A stretch of DNA of 64,000 bases. Source: Candidatus Hodarchaeota archaeon. Its GTDB lineage: Archaea; Asgardarchaeota; Lokiarchaeia; Sigyniarchaeales; SOKP01. The stretch covers positions 32,001 to 96,000 of the forward strand of contig JBHLJY010000003.1 of NCBI GenBank assembly GCA_048887225.1, read 5' to 3'. Below, one piece after another: positions 29,682 through 38,079 of the stretch; positions within the stretch are counted from its first letter, which is position 1, and the number at the start of each line of letters is the position of its first letter. Position numbers and translations under genes: made by a program. Under the pieces are notes generated by a model. That model worked only from the letters and a program-made list of their open reading frames with translations. It was not told where the DNA came from and ran no database searches.

Positions 29682-30251
29682 ATGAAAGAACTGCTGGAAA
29701 AATTGCTAATTCGATTAAAGGGCGCAAAAAAAGTCCTATTTATGGGTATTGGTGAAGAAAAAATGACGGATGATGGAGTAGGACCTTATATTACAAGTGA
29801 ACTTCTTAATTATTCCAGCGAAAAATTCTTATTTATAAATGCTAATATTGATCCAATGTCAAGAATCGATTATATTTTTAATTTTCATCCTTCTCATTTA
29901 GTCATTTTGGATACATGCACATTAGATGCCCCTCCTGGCACCATTGCTCTTTTAGAACGAGAAAATATAGGTGAATTTGTACCAATATCTTCTCATACTA
30001 TACCAATTCATATTGTAATTGATTTAATCCTCGAAAAAATCCCTAATTTGAGTGTACTTATGATCGGTTTTGTTCCAGAAAGTCTTGAAGGATTCGAGGA
30101 GCTTACTTTATATAAAGATAGAGAATTCACTATTGATGATAAAAACGAAAATTTAGACATACCTTTTTTTAATTTTCAACTTACCGAAACAATTCAAAAA
30201 GTAGCTGACGAAATGATTATTGTTATTAAAGAATTAATTAAAAAGTTGTAA
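29682..30251 (+). CDS. Hydrogenase maturation protease (HycI type)
   Basis: MGIGEEKMTDDGVG, HLVILD, SSHTIP. Start moved to the ATG at 29682. Confidence 0.85.
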   Translation: MKELLEKLLIRLKGAKKVLFMGIGEEKMTDDGVGPYITSELLNYSSEKFLFINANIDPMSRIDYIFNFHPSHLVILDTCTLDAPPGTIALLERENIGEFVPISSHTIPIHIVIDLILEKIPNLSVLMIGFVPESLEGFEELTLYKDREFTIDDKNENLDIPFFNFQLTETIQKVADEMIIVIKELIKKL

Positions 30252-30318
30252 AATTTTCTCTTGAATCTTTAATATAATGATATAAACGTCTTAGAAAGAT
30301 TTTTAAAAATTGCTTTGC

Positions 30319-31143
30319 CTAACATACTAAACAATTTTCTCTCTTTTCTAAAATATAACTTTCTAAAGTGTTGGAAAATAGGTCAAATATGATTCGATTT
30401 GGGCAATCTTTTCTATGGATTGCTTGAATTAATATATTCACTGCTAAAGTCGAAGAAACCATTGCTGTTAGAATCATAGTTGCTCCAAATTCTAGATTTT
30501 TAAAATCATGGTTCTCCAGTTCTTTCCAATCTATTTTCTCGAATGATAAGATATTATCTTGTGAAAATTTTTTAACCATTTGTTTACTCCTCACAGAACA
30601 CAAAATTGCTTGAAGACATTCGTAACACGGTTTATTTCCGTCTGAAGCTTGATATAGAATCATCCCCGAATATCCAGAAAAAGGGTCAGTTCCACTATAA
30701 ATCATTGGTTTCCCTAGTTTTAAACATACAATACCAACTAATGATCTCTTTATTTCTGGTAAATCTAAACTATTCATGATAAAATCACTTTCCTTAACGA
30801 TTTCTACTGTTTTTTGCCAATCCTCAAAAATGTCGTAATTGTAGGCTACGATTTCTGAAGATAAATTATCCAAACGATCTAATGTATTTTTTGCTACGTT
30901 GGCTTTATTCTTTCCGATATCTTTCTTTGAATAAAGAGTTTGTCTATTTAAGTTTGAGGCCTCAACGATGTCGTAATCAACTAAAATTATTTTTTTAAAT
31001 CCAATTCTCGTAGCTAATAATGCAATATTGCAACCTATACCTCCAATCCCTAAAATAGACAAAATCGACGATCTTATTTTATTCTGCGAAAACCATGGTA
31101 TTTTTTCTTGACGGGAGAAAAATCTATTATTATATTTACTCAT
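30319..31143 (-). CDS. ThiF/E1-family adenylyltransferase with UBA2/SAE2-like motifs
   Basis: FSRQ, GIGGIGC, DYDIVEASNLNRQ, MNSLD, PMIYSGT, GYSG, CYEC and terminal CLVC. Start moved to the ATG at 31143. Confidence 0.9.
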   Translation of the reverse strand: MSKYNNRFFSRQEKIPWFSQNKIRSSILSILGIGGIGCNIALLATRIGFKKIILVDYDIVEASNLNRQTLYSKKDIGKNKANVAKNTLDRLDNLSSEIVAYNYDIFEDWQKTVEIVKESDFIMNSLDLPEIKRSLVGIVCLKLGKPMIYSGTDPFSGYSGMILYQASDGNKPCYECLQAILCSVRSKQMVKKFSQDNILSFEKIDWKELENHDFKNLEFGATMILTAMVSSTLAVNILIQAIHRKDCPNRIIFDLFSNTLESYILEKRENCLVC

Positions 31144-31220
31144 AATTAATGAGAAAAAAGGAGTAAAGAAATATAAAAATAACAAATTTAAATAATAAAA
31201 AATTATAAAAAAAAAAATTT

Positions 31221-31481
31221 TTAAATCAAAAATCCTCCTGCTTGCGTAGCCATAACAGTTATTACGTCTTTTTTAGGGTGAATCCCGATTTTAGCAAATT
31301 TTAAATTATCTGGTAGTACCTTTCCTTTAAAAATAAATTGAATTGCCAAGATAGGATTCAATTTATATTCTCTCTGAACTGATTTTTTGATATCAGCAAT
31401 ATTTTGATTAGGATCTACCTCAATTAATTTAATAGCTTGGTCTGGAGGGACACCAGTAAGTCGGAACCTATATTGAGTAAT
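31221..31481 (-). CDS. Unannotated ubiquitin-fold modifier with SUMO-like QxGG C-terminus and FLI propeptide
   Basis: Hand translation: (I/M)TQYRFRLTGVPPDQAIKLIEVDPNQNIADIKKSVQREYKLNPILAIQFIFKGKVLPDNLKFAKIGIHPKKDVITVMATQAGG-FLI*. Beta-grasp motifs (EVDP..I.DIK, FIFKGKVL) and di-Gly. Only ATT is available as a start. Confidence 0.85.
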   Translation of the reverse strand: MTQYRFRLTGVPPDQAIKLIEVDPNQNIADIKKSVQREYKLNPILAIQFIFKGKVLPDNLKFAKIGIHPKKDVITVMATQAGGFLI

Positions 31482-31622
31482 TTTTTATCACTTTCTTTTT
31501 TTAGATTAGGATTTATTATATCTATTATATCATTTGAAATAATTAAGGATTTTTATCTAAATAATTATACTTAAGTTTGATGTTTTAAAATTTAAATCTA
31601 TTCCCAAGATAAAATTTGATCT

Positions 31623-31811
31623 TTAAATTCGAAATGGTTCGGGTGGTGGCGGGGGACCAGGTGGTGCTGGGCCTGGATGAATAGGAGGGCTTGGTCGAAA
31701 CGGAGGGCGTTGAAATAAGTTTTCTAAGGACGAAAGTCGATTTTCTAACTCATCTATTTTTTTTTCAATTTTATTTATCCTTTCCAATAAATTCGGGTTT
31801 TCTATTGACAT
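31623..31811 (-). CDS. 62-aa coiled-coil plus polyproline microprotein
   Basis: LLERINKIEKKIDELENRLSSLE heptads, then RPPFRPSPPIHPGPAPPGPPPPPEP. Locally GC-rich, consistent with coding. Confidence 0.75.
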   Translation of the reverse strand: MSIENPNLLERINKIEKKIDELENRLSSLENLFQRPPFRPSPPIHPGPAPPGPPPPPEPFRI

Positions 31812-32020
31812 CTTTAAATAATTTCAATTTATTTTTTTCAATTTTAATTGTTTCATAATAATGGAACTCATTTTTTTTAAAATTTTTATCTAAATTTTTT
31901 TAAAAACAATCTATTTTTATAATCCATACTAAATTTTAATTTTAAGTATTTTTCAAAATATTAAGTTTTAGTTTAGAAAAAAAGTATAATTTTTTATATT
32001 AATACCACTATTATTCTATT

Positions 32021-33136
32021 ATGGAAAGCTGGAATATTTCTAAGAAGCTAAAAAGTGAGTTATTATCAAAAGCCAGTGGTATTGAAGATAATAGCAGAAG
32101 GATATTATTTATTCTAAGAAATCTAGGACCACAAAGATTTACCAATTTAATAAAATATTCCAATTTAAGTAGATCTACAGTCTCAAAATACTTAAATCTC
32201 CATAGTGAAAATAATTATATTGAACAGAAATTAATTCCCGATAAATTTTCCAATCAACGATATCGTGGATATGTCATAACAGATAAAGGCAAGGAAAAAC
32301 TCGGTGCGGAACCTTTAAAGTTAAAGGAAGAATTATTTATGATAAATCAGCTTAAAGAAAACGTTAAAAAGCTTGAAAATTTAATTTCTTTTTATAAAGA
32401 AATAGGTATTGAAGATTCTTTTATTTTTCATGTTGTACGAATTGTTTCAAAAATTGGAGAAAATTTCTTCGAAATTCAACAAGATAGAGATCTTTACCTT
32501 GCATTGTTTTATGTTTTTTACAATTCTATTCTTGGTCAAGGTGCTTTTGCTAAAAAATATTGGAGGTTTGATGAGTCAAAAGTAGAACCTCAAGAGTTAG
32601 ATAAAAATTTTCCTGGCTATAAATTGAATCTAGATCAATTTTGTGAAATTTACAATGTGGCACCAGAGGCTATTAATTACTTAGCAAGATTAAAATTAAT
32701 GTCAAGTGAATTAGGATTTTATTTGATTAAACGTGAAAATGATGATTTCTTTTTTCACGAGGAAGATCTACTAGGAACAACAGCTTTACGCTTAATTAAA
32801 GACCGACTAATTGAGGAAATTATATATATTAATTCCGGATTCCATACAGAACTCTATGATTTAGATAAAATGGCAGCAGAAATAACAGAGCAATTAAAGG
32901 AAATGGGAATAATATGGGAGGCGATCCAAGAACAATTTGAAATATTAATTTTGAATCTTATTATAAAAAATTCTATCGATATGGGCTTTTTAGAAACGGA
33001 TAGAAAAAAACTAATGGAGAGAATTTCAGAATCAAAAAAATTAACTAACTCAATAGAAGGTAGAAAACTTAAAGAGAATATTTTGGAAGGATTTAATATA
33101 CAAAAAGATTTGAATATTCTTACAATCATAAAATAA
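32021..33136 (+). CDS. Winged-helix (ArsR/MarR-like) transcriptional regulator with C-terminal helical region
   Basis: ILFIL...RFTNL...LSRSTVSKYL...YVITDKG. Confidence 0.75.
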   Translation: MESWNISKKLKSELLSKASGIEDNSRRILFILRNLGPQRFTNLIKYSNLSRSTVSKYLNLHSENNYIEQKLIPDKFSNQRYRGYVITDKGKEKLGAEPLKLKEELFMINQLKENVKKLENLISFYKEIGIEDSFIFHVVRIVSKIGENFFEIQQDRDLYLALFYVFYNSILGQGAFAKKYWRFDESKVEPQELDKNFPGYKLNLDQFCEIYNVAPEAINYLARLKLMSSELGFYLIKRENDDFFFHEEDLLGTTALRLIKDRLIEEIIYINSGFHTELYDLDKMAAEITEQLKEMGIIWEAIQEQFEILILNLIIKNSIDMGFLETDRKKLMERISESKKLTNSIEGRKLKENILEGFNIQKDLNILTIIK

Positions 33137-33184
33137 ATAAGAAAAAAAAAAATTAAATAGTTTAACCTTACTCTTTGAGTATGT

Positions 33185-34093
33185 CTATTTCCTTTTCTTT
33201 TTGATTACTATTATAAGTATAATTACCCCAATAATCGCAGCTACAACAATTAGAGTAATCCACCACCAATTTTCTAAGGTATAGACTAAACTTTGTCCTA
33301 ATATTGACAATTCAAATTTAGCGATTGTATCCCCGTCATATTCATATTCATAATAATAAAGAATTCCATCATCTGTGTATCTTGTTTCGGAATCAAAATC
33401 TTCAACACCCGCAGTTGTTGATTCTCTGTTTGTTTTTATACCAACGCCTTTATCTTGGAAAAAATAATTAACTTCCACATCATCGACAGCCCTCGTATCC
33501 TCCAAATTGTTGTCATCTAACCAATCATCGATCTCATTAACAATTTTATTCCATTTAAGATTTTTCGGAACAACAAATTGATAAAGCCCAATACCTAAGA
33601 TATCTTGAAGTCCGTGTAATGCGATTTCAGCATAGACTATTTCTTCGGCTTCATATATAGTGTATGATTCAAGTTTATCAAAGTCGTCCCAAGCTTCAGC
33701 ATCACTTAAATCTTCTGTTTCATACATATTGACTAGAATTTTTACATGTTTGACATCATCCTCATCATCAAGTCTATTAGTAATGTCATCCCAATCAGAT
33801 TCCTTCTCATCTCTAATGTCTTCTACATAAATTTTCCAAGCTTCTACATCATCATCCCAATCATACCAAGAAAAAAATGTATCTGCATTTTGTTCAGCTA
33901 CTAACTCAGATAAACCAATATCTTCGAAATAGTCCTCTAATGGTCCCTTATCGAATTCTGTCTTCCAAATAACCTCTTGCCCTTCGCTTACTCCTAGATA
34001 TCTAGGTTTATCCGCAGCGTAACCAACGGCAATATAGGGCATTAATAAAGATACCATCAACATTCCGTATACTAATATTTTTGATACTTTCAT
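33185..34093 (-). CDS. Acidic cell-surface protein (signal peptide plus C-terminal TM); paralog 1
   Basis: Signal peptide, WKTEFDKGPLEDY motif, ENWWW-TM-KKKRK anchor. Confidence 0.8.
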   Translation of the reverse strand: MKVSKILVYGMLMVSLLMPYIAVGYAADKPRYLGVSEGQEVIWKTEFDKGPLEDYFEDIGLSELVAEQNADTFFSWYDWDDDVEAWKIYVEDIRDEKESDWDDITNRLDDEDDVKHVKILVNMYETEDLSDAEAWDDFDKLESYTIYEAEEIVYAEIALHGLQDILGIGLYQFVVPKNLKWNKIVNEIDDWLDDNNLEDTRAVDDVEVNYFFQDKGVGIKTNRESTTAGVEDFDSETRYTDDGILYYYEYEYDGDTIAKFELSILGQSLVYTLENWWWITLIVVAAIIGVIILIIVIKKKRK

Positions 34094-34241
34094 TTTTCTA
34101 TCATTTTTTTTTGGAAATTAGCCTTAAGTTATTATTTTATTCTTTTATTTAAAAATATTATTTAAAATAGGGAGAAAATCATTTGAGATTACATAGTTTT
34201 GATATTATGTCATACAAAAAAGAGAAAAAATAAAGAAATTC

Positions 34242-35105
34242 TTATCGTTTTTTGACTTTTATTATGATAATAAGGATTATCATAACGATACATATTGCTC
34301 CAGCTAATAAAACCATCCACCACCAATTTTCGCGCAAATATGTACCTCCTATGGTATCCAATTCGAATCTAGCAATTACATCACCATCATAACTAAATTC
34401 ATAGTAATAAAGAATCCAATTAGTTGTATATTTGGAAATCGATCCGAAATCCTCCACTTCCGAACTATATTCGTTATTATATTCAGTAGTTATTCCTACT
34501 TCTTGTTGAGCGAAAAAATATGTTCTTTTTGTGGTATCAATGCTGAGTCTATCTTCATCACCAGTATCGTCAACACTGTCCTCAATCTCATTTACAATCT
34601 TATAAAATTTAAGATTCTTTGGAAGAAAAAACGCAGAGAGTCCCATAGTGTAAGGAATAAATGCTGAATAAAGTTCTTCATCGGGTTCAAAAATTTTCGA
34701 GGTTTCATATTTTTCCATTTTCTTCCAAGCTTCAGGATCATTGATATCTTTTGTTTTGTACATATTATAAATAAATTTAACTCGATCATATTCTTCTGTG
34801 CCAACAGAATCTTCTTTTTCTTCTCTAATGTCAACGATATATATTTTTCTCCCCTCATCCTTTTCATTCCAATCCATAAGATCAAAATCCTCGTCAGCTT
34901 CCAACTCTGCTTCAGTTTCAGTCTTTCCTAGATCTTCATAATAATCTTCTAATGGGCCTTTATCGAATTCTGTCTTCCATATATACGTTACGCCTTCATC
35001 GATTCCCACATATTCAGGCTTTTTTTCTGCTTTAGCGATAACTATATACGATACGAAGAAAGATGCAAGAAGTAAACCATATAATAAAATTCTACACTTT
35101 TGCAT
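34242..35105 (-). CDS. Acidic cell-surface protein (signal peptide plus C-terminal TM); paralog 2
   Basis: Shares WKTEFDKGPLEDY, PKNLK, ILYYYE..YDGD.IA.FEL and ENWWW with 33185-34093. Confidence 0.8.
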   Translation of the reverse strand: MQKCRILLYGLLLASFFVSYIVIAKAEKKPEYVGIDEGVTYIWKTEFDKGPLEDYYEDLGKTETEAELEADEDFDLMDWNEKDEGRKIYIVDIREEKEDSVGTEEYDRVKFIYNMYKTKDINDPEAWKKMEKYETSKIFEPDEELYSAFIPYTMGLSAFFLPKNLKFYKIVNEIEDSVDDTGDEDRLSIDTTKRTYFFAQQEVGITTEYNNEYSSEVEDFGSISKYTTNWILYYYEFSYDGDVIARFELDTIGGTYLRENWWWMVLLAGAICIVMIILIIIIKVKKR

Positions 35106-35209
35106 TTGAACTCTTTTTTTTTGAATTAGTATTAAATATGTACCATCTTCACTAGTAAAAAAGTTTTTTTTAATTCCTTAAAAAACGAAAAAAAAGCGAT
35201 TTTCATACT

Positions 35210-36154
35210 TTAAGAATAATCTAACATTTTATTAATAGGGATTAGAGCTTTTTCGGCAATCGGTTTTGGAACTTTAATTTCAAAATTTTTATCATCCAAA
35301 TTTTCGAGGAGATATTTAATCAACTCAAGACTGTGTTTTTTCATATTATAACAAATCATCTTATCACTTGCTAAATAATAGTCATTATTCGGAAAATCCG
35401 CAGCCATACGTTCCATAAGACCTTTTTCAGTTCCTATTACAAATTCATTTATCTCAGGTGGACTTTCTTTAACGTATCTATACATATGTGACGTAGAACC
35501 AACGAAATCTGATAATTCTCTAACATTTCGAACGCATTCTGGATGTACTACCACTTTAGCATTAGGATACTCTTTTTTTTTTTGCTTAATATCATCTGCC
35601 GTCAATTGAGAATGAACATAACAATGCCCTTTTTCAGGCATTTTGATTGTTTTAATGCCTGATATTTGTTCAGTATAATCTGCCAAATTTGCATCAGGAC
35701 CAAATAGAATTGCTTCAGCATCAAATTCTTCCTTTATTTTTTGTACTATTTTTACGGCGTTGGAGGATGTACAACAAATGTCTGATTCTGCTTTTACAGC
35801 TGCGGTAGAATTAACATAAGTTACGACAGGTAAGCCGGGATAATTTTGTCTAAATTCTTTTACCAATTCTGGCGTAAGAAACGCTGCCATTGGGCAACAA
35901 GATTCATAATTAGGAATTAAAACATGCTTATCTTGATTCAATATTGATGCTGTTTCAGCCATAAAATCAACTCCAGCAAATATTATATATTCTGTATTTG
36001 CTTTTTCTTTGGCTGTACGAGATAATCCGAGTGAATCTCCTAAGAAGTCAGCGATCTCTTGAATTTCTATTATTTGATAATAATGAGCTAAAATAGTAAC
36101 ATCATTTTTCTTTTTTAAATCCAAAATTTCTTCTTGGAGTTGATTCATATTCAT
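35210..36154 (-). CDS. nadA: Quinolinate synthase
   Basis: ILAHYYQ, GDSL, GVDFMAET, CPMA, YVNS, CTSSNA, CYVH, HPEC, CYNMK. Confidence 0.95.
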   Translation of the reverse strand: MNMNQLQEEILDLKKKNDVTILAHYYQIIEIQEIADFLGDSLGLSRTAKEKANTEYIIFAGVDFMAETASILNQDKHVLIPNYESCCPMAAFLTPELVKEFRQNYPGLPVVTYVNSTAAVKAESDICCTSSNAVKIVQKIKEEFDAEAILFGPDANLADYTEQISGIKTIKMPEKGHCYVHSQLTADDIKQKKKEYPNAKVVVHPECVRNVRELSDFVGSTSHMYRYVKESPPEINEFVIGTEKGLMERMAADFPNNDYYLASDKMICYNMKKHSLELIKYLLENLDDKNFEIKVPKPIAEKALIPINKMLDYS

Positions 36155-36255
36155 AAGTATTTGAAATCTAAAATGATTTTATTATTCAATATAAGTTTCA
36201 CAGACAATTAAATCATCTGATTATAAAAAAAATATCTTAAAATTTAAGTAATTAT

Positions 36256-38049
36256 ATGATAAAATCAATGGAGAAGAAAAAAATTTATTTAATTCTTAGT
36301 CTCTTTCTTATAATCTCTAGTATAATTTTAGCTGTTCTATCGATAATTTTTGCGTATTCCATATCAATACAAAGAAATTCATTTCTTGAGAAAGAAGAGA
36401 TTTATTTTGAGAAGTTTTCTGTAAAAGTGAAAGATGGGATTGAAATTAAAGGATTATTATATGTAGATGAAGATCTAGAGGAAAAAGAAGACAATTCTGT
36501 TCCATCTGTATTATTACTCCATGGATTAAATGGTCGTAAGGAACATAAAATGGATATTGTTTTTCAGTTTGTTAAATGTGGATTTGCCGTTTTTTCTGTG
36601 GAGCAGCGCGGACATGGAGATTCTGGTGGTTTTATCAGTTTTTTAGATAAAGAACCGGGCGATATGGAAGATGTAATTGATTATATTGAGGACCATTTTG
36701 ATTTTTCTAATGTATCACACATCGCCTTATTAGGCTTTTCATATGGAGGTGGAATTGGCGCAATCCTACAATCTTCTGATGATAGAATTTATGCCTCTGT
36801 TTTATATCACCCTCTAGTCTCAATAAAACATTTAACTGAATTAATGCCTTTCCAAAATCTCATTGGAGTTACTTATAGCGTAGGCCCTCTTGAAGATATT
36901 AAAGATGGATTCGATGTTTGTACTCCAACTAATACAGCTAATTTACTTTTAATTCATGGAGAAGATGACGAACTCATTTCCTCAGATGATAGTAAAGAAT
37001 TATATGAACAAGTTGATGGAAATTATCGAAATGATATTGGTTTGGAAATTCGACCAGACTTGAATCATTTTGAAACCGAAGTAGACGATGAATCCTTAAA
37101 ATATGCTATTGTATGGTTAGAGCATTTTTATCACGATAAGACTATCGATATTACTAATAGAGATTTTGAAATAAGCTCAATAAAATTAAAAGATTTTGAT
37201 TATCCTGAGAGTTTACTTCCAGAATATTTAATTTTGATTTCAGCAATAATTTTATTTCTCGGAATTAGTTTATTATTATTGCCAAGAAAAATATGGCCTC
37301 TTTCAAGCGACATTCCTTCAAATGAAACAATAGATGACGAGAGAGATCCCCAACTCTATAAAAAAATGGTGTTATCGCATATAGTAATTTATGTTATTCC
37401 CGTAATTATAGGCGCACCCTTATTTGCTATTTTTAATCCCTCTTATCTATTTGGATACTCCTTAATAATACCTATAGCAACGATAATTTTGTTTCTGTTA
37501 ATGCCAAGGTTTGGATATTCTGATTGGAAATCAAAATATAGCTCACATTTAAAAACGGAATGGAATGATTGGTATAACAATAATTTGAAATTACTTCTAT
37601 ATGGCTTATCCATAGTTATGGTTCCAGTATTATTTTACGTTATAATCTTTAATTTTAATGCTAATCTAATGACTAGCTTTCCCATTCCTTTTTTCAATAC
37701 TACAATGATTCTCTACCTCTCAATGGGTATTAGTACTTTTTATATGGATTATTTAATGATACGTGGCATAAAAACTCAACATTCTATTATATTAATTGGA
37801 CTAAGATCTTTAACTTTGATTATATTCTTCACATTTATACCAATTCCACCATTTGGTTTTACTGGGCTTCCCATAAGTGGTGAAATTGCTCAAATATTAA
37901 TTTTTTCATTGATGGGGCTTGTTTTTTGGGCAGCTCTTATGTTGATGAGATTACTTAAGAAGATCTACAAAAATATTATTCCAGTTATGCTGATCTTCTT
38001 TCTCCCCTTAACTATATTTTTATTATTTTTAGTTATCAGAATAGTATAG
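36256..38049 (+). CDS. Alpha/beta hydrolase with N-terminal anchor and C-terminal multi-TM domain
   Basis: LLHG, RGHGDS, GFSYGG nucleophile elbow, HGEDD, NH; about 8 C-terminal TM helices. Confidence 0.85.
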   Translation: MIKSMEKKKIYLILSLFLIISSIILAVLSIIFAYSISIQRNSFLEKEEIYFEKFSVKVKDGIEIKGLLYVDEDLEEKEDNSVPSVLLLHGLNGRKEHKMDIVFQFVKCGFAVFSVEQRGHGDSGGFISFLDKEPGDMEDVIDYIEDHFDFSNVSHIALLGFSYGGGIGAILQSSDDRIYASVLYHPLVSIKHLTELMPFQNLIGVTYSVGPLEDIKDGFDVCTPTNTANLLLIHGEDDELISSDDSKELYEQVDGNYRNDIGLEIRPDLNHFETEVDDESLKYAIVWLEHFYHDKTIDITNRDFEISSIKLKDFDYPESLLPEYLILISAIILFLGISLLLLPRKIWPLSSDIPSNETIDDERDPQLYKKMVLSHIVIYVIPVIIGAPLFAIFNPSYLFGYSLIIPIATIILFLLMPRFGYSDWKSKYSSHLKTEWNDWYNNNLKLLLYGLSIVMVPVLFYVIIFNFNANLMTSFPIPFFNTTMILYLSMGISTFYMDYLMIRGIKTQHSIILIGLRSLTLIIFFTFIPIPPFGFTGLPISGEIAQILIFSLMGLVFWAALMLMRLLKKIYKNIIPVMLIFFLPLTIFLLFLVIRIV

Positions 38050-38079
38050 GAACTTTACTCAATAATAAAAAAGATAAAA

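Noticed and set aside
29682-30251. Hydrogenase maturation protease as the maturase for the ubiquitin-like precursor
   Set aside because: It is convergent rather than co-transcribed, and HycI-type proteases recognise Ni-loaded hydrogenase C-termini; proximity alone is insufficient.
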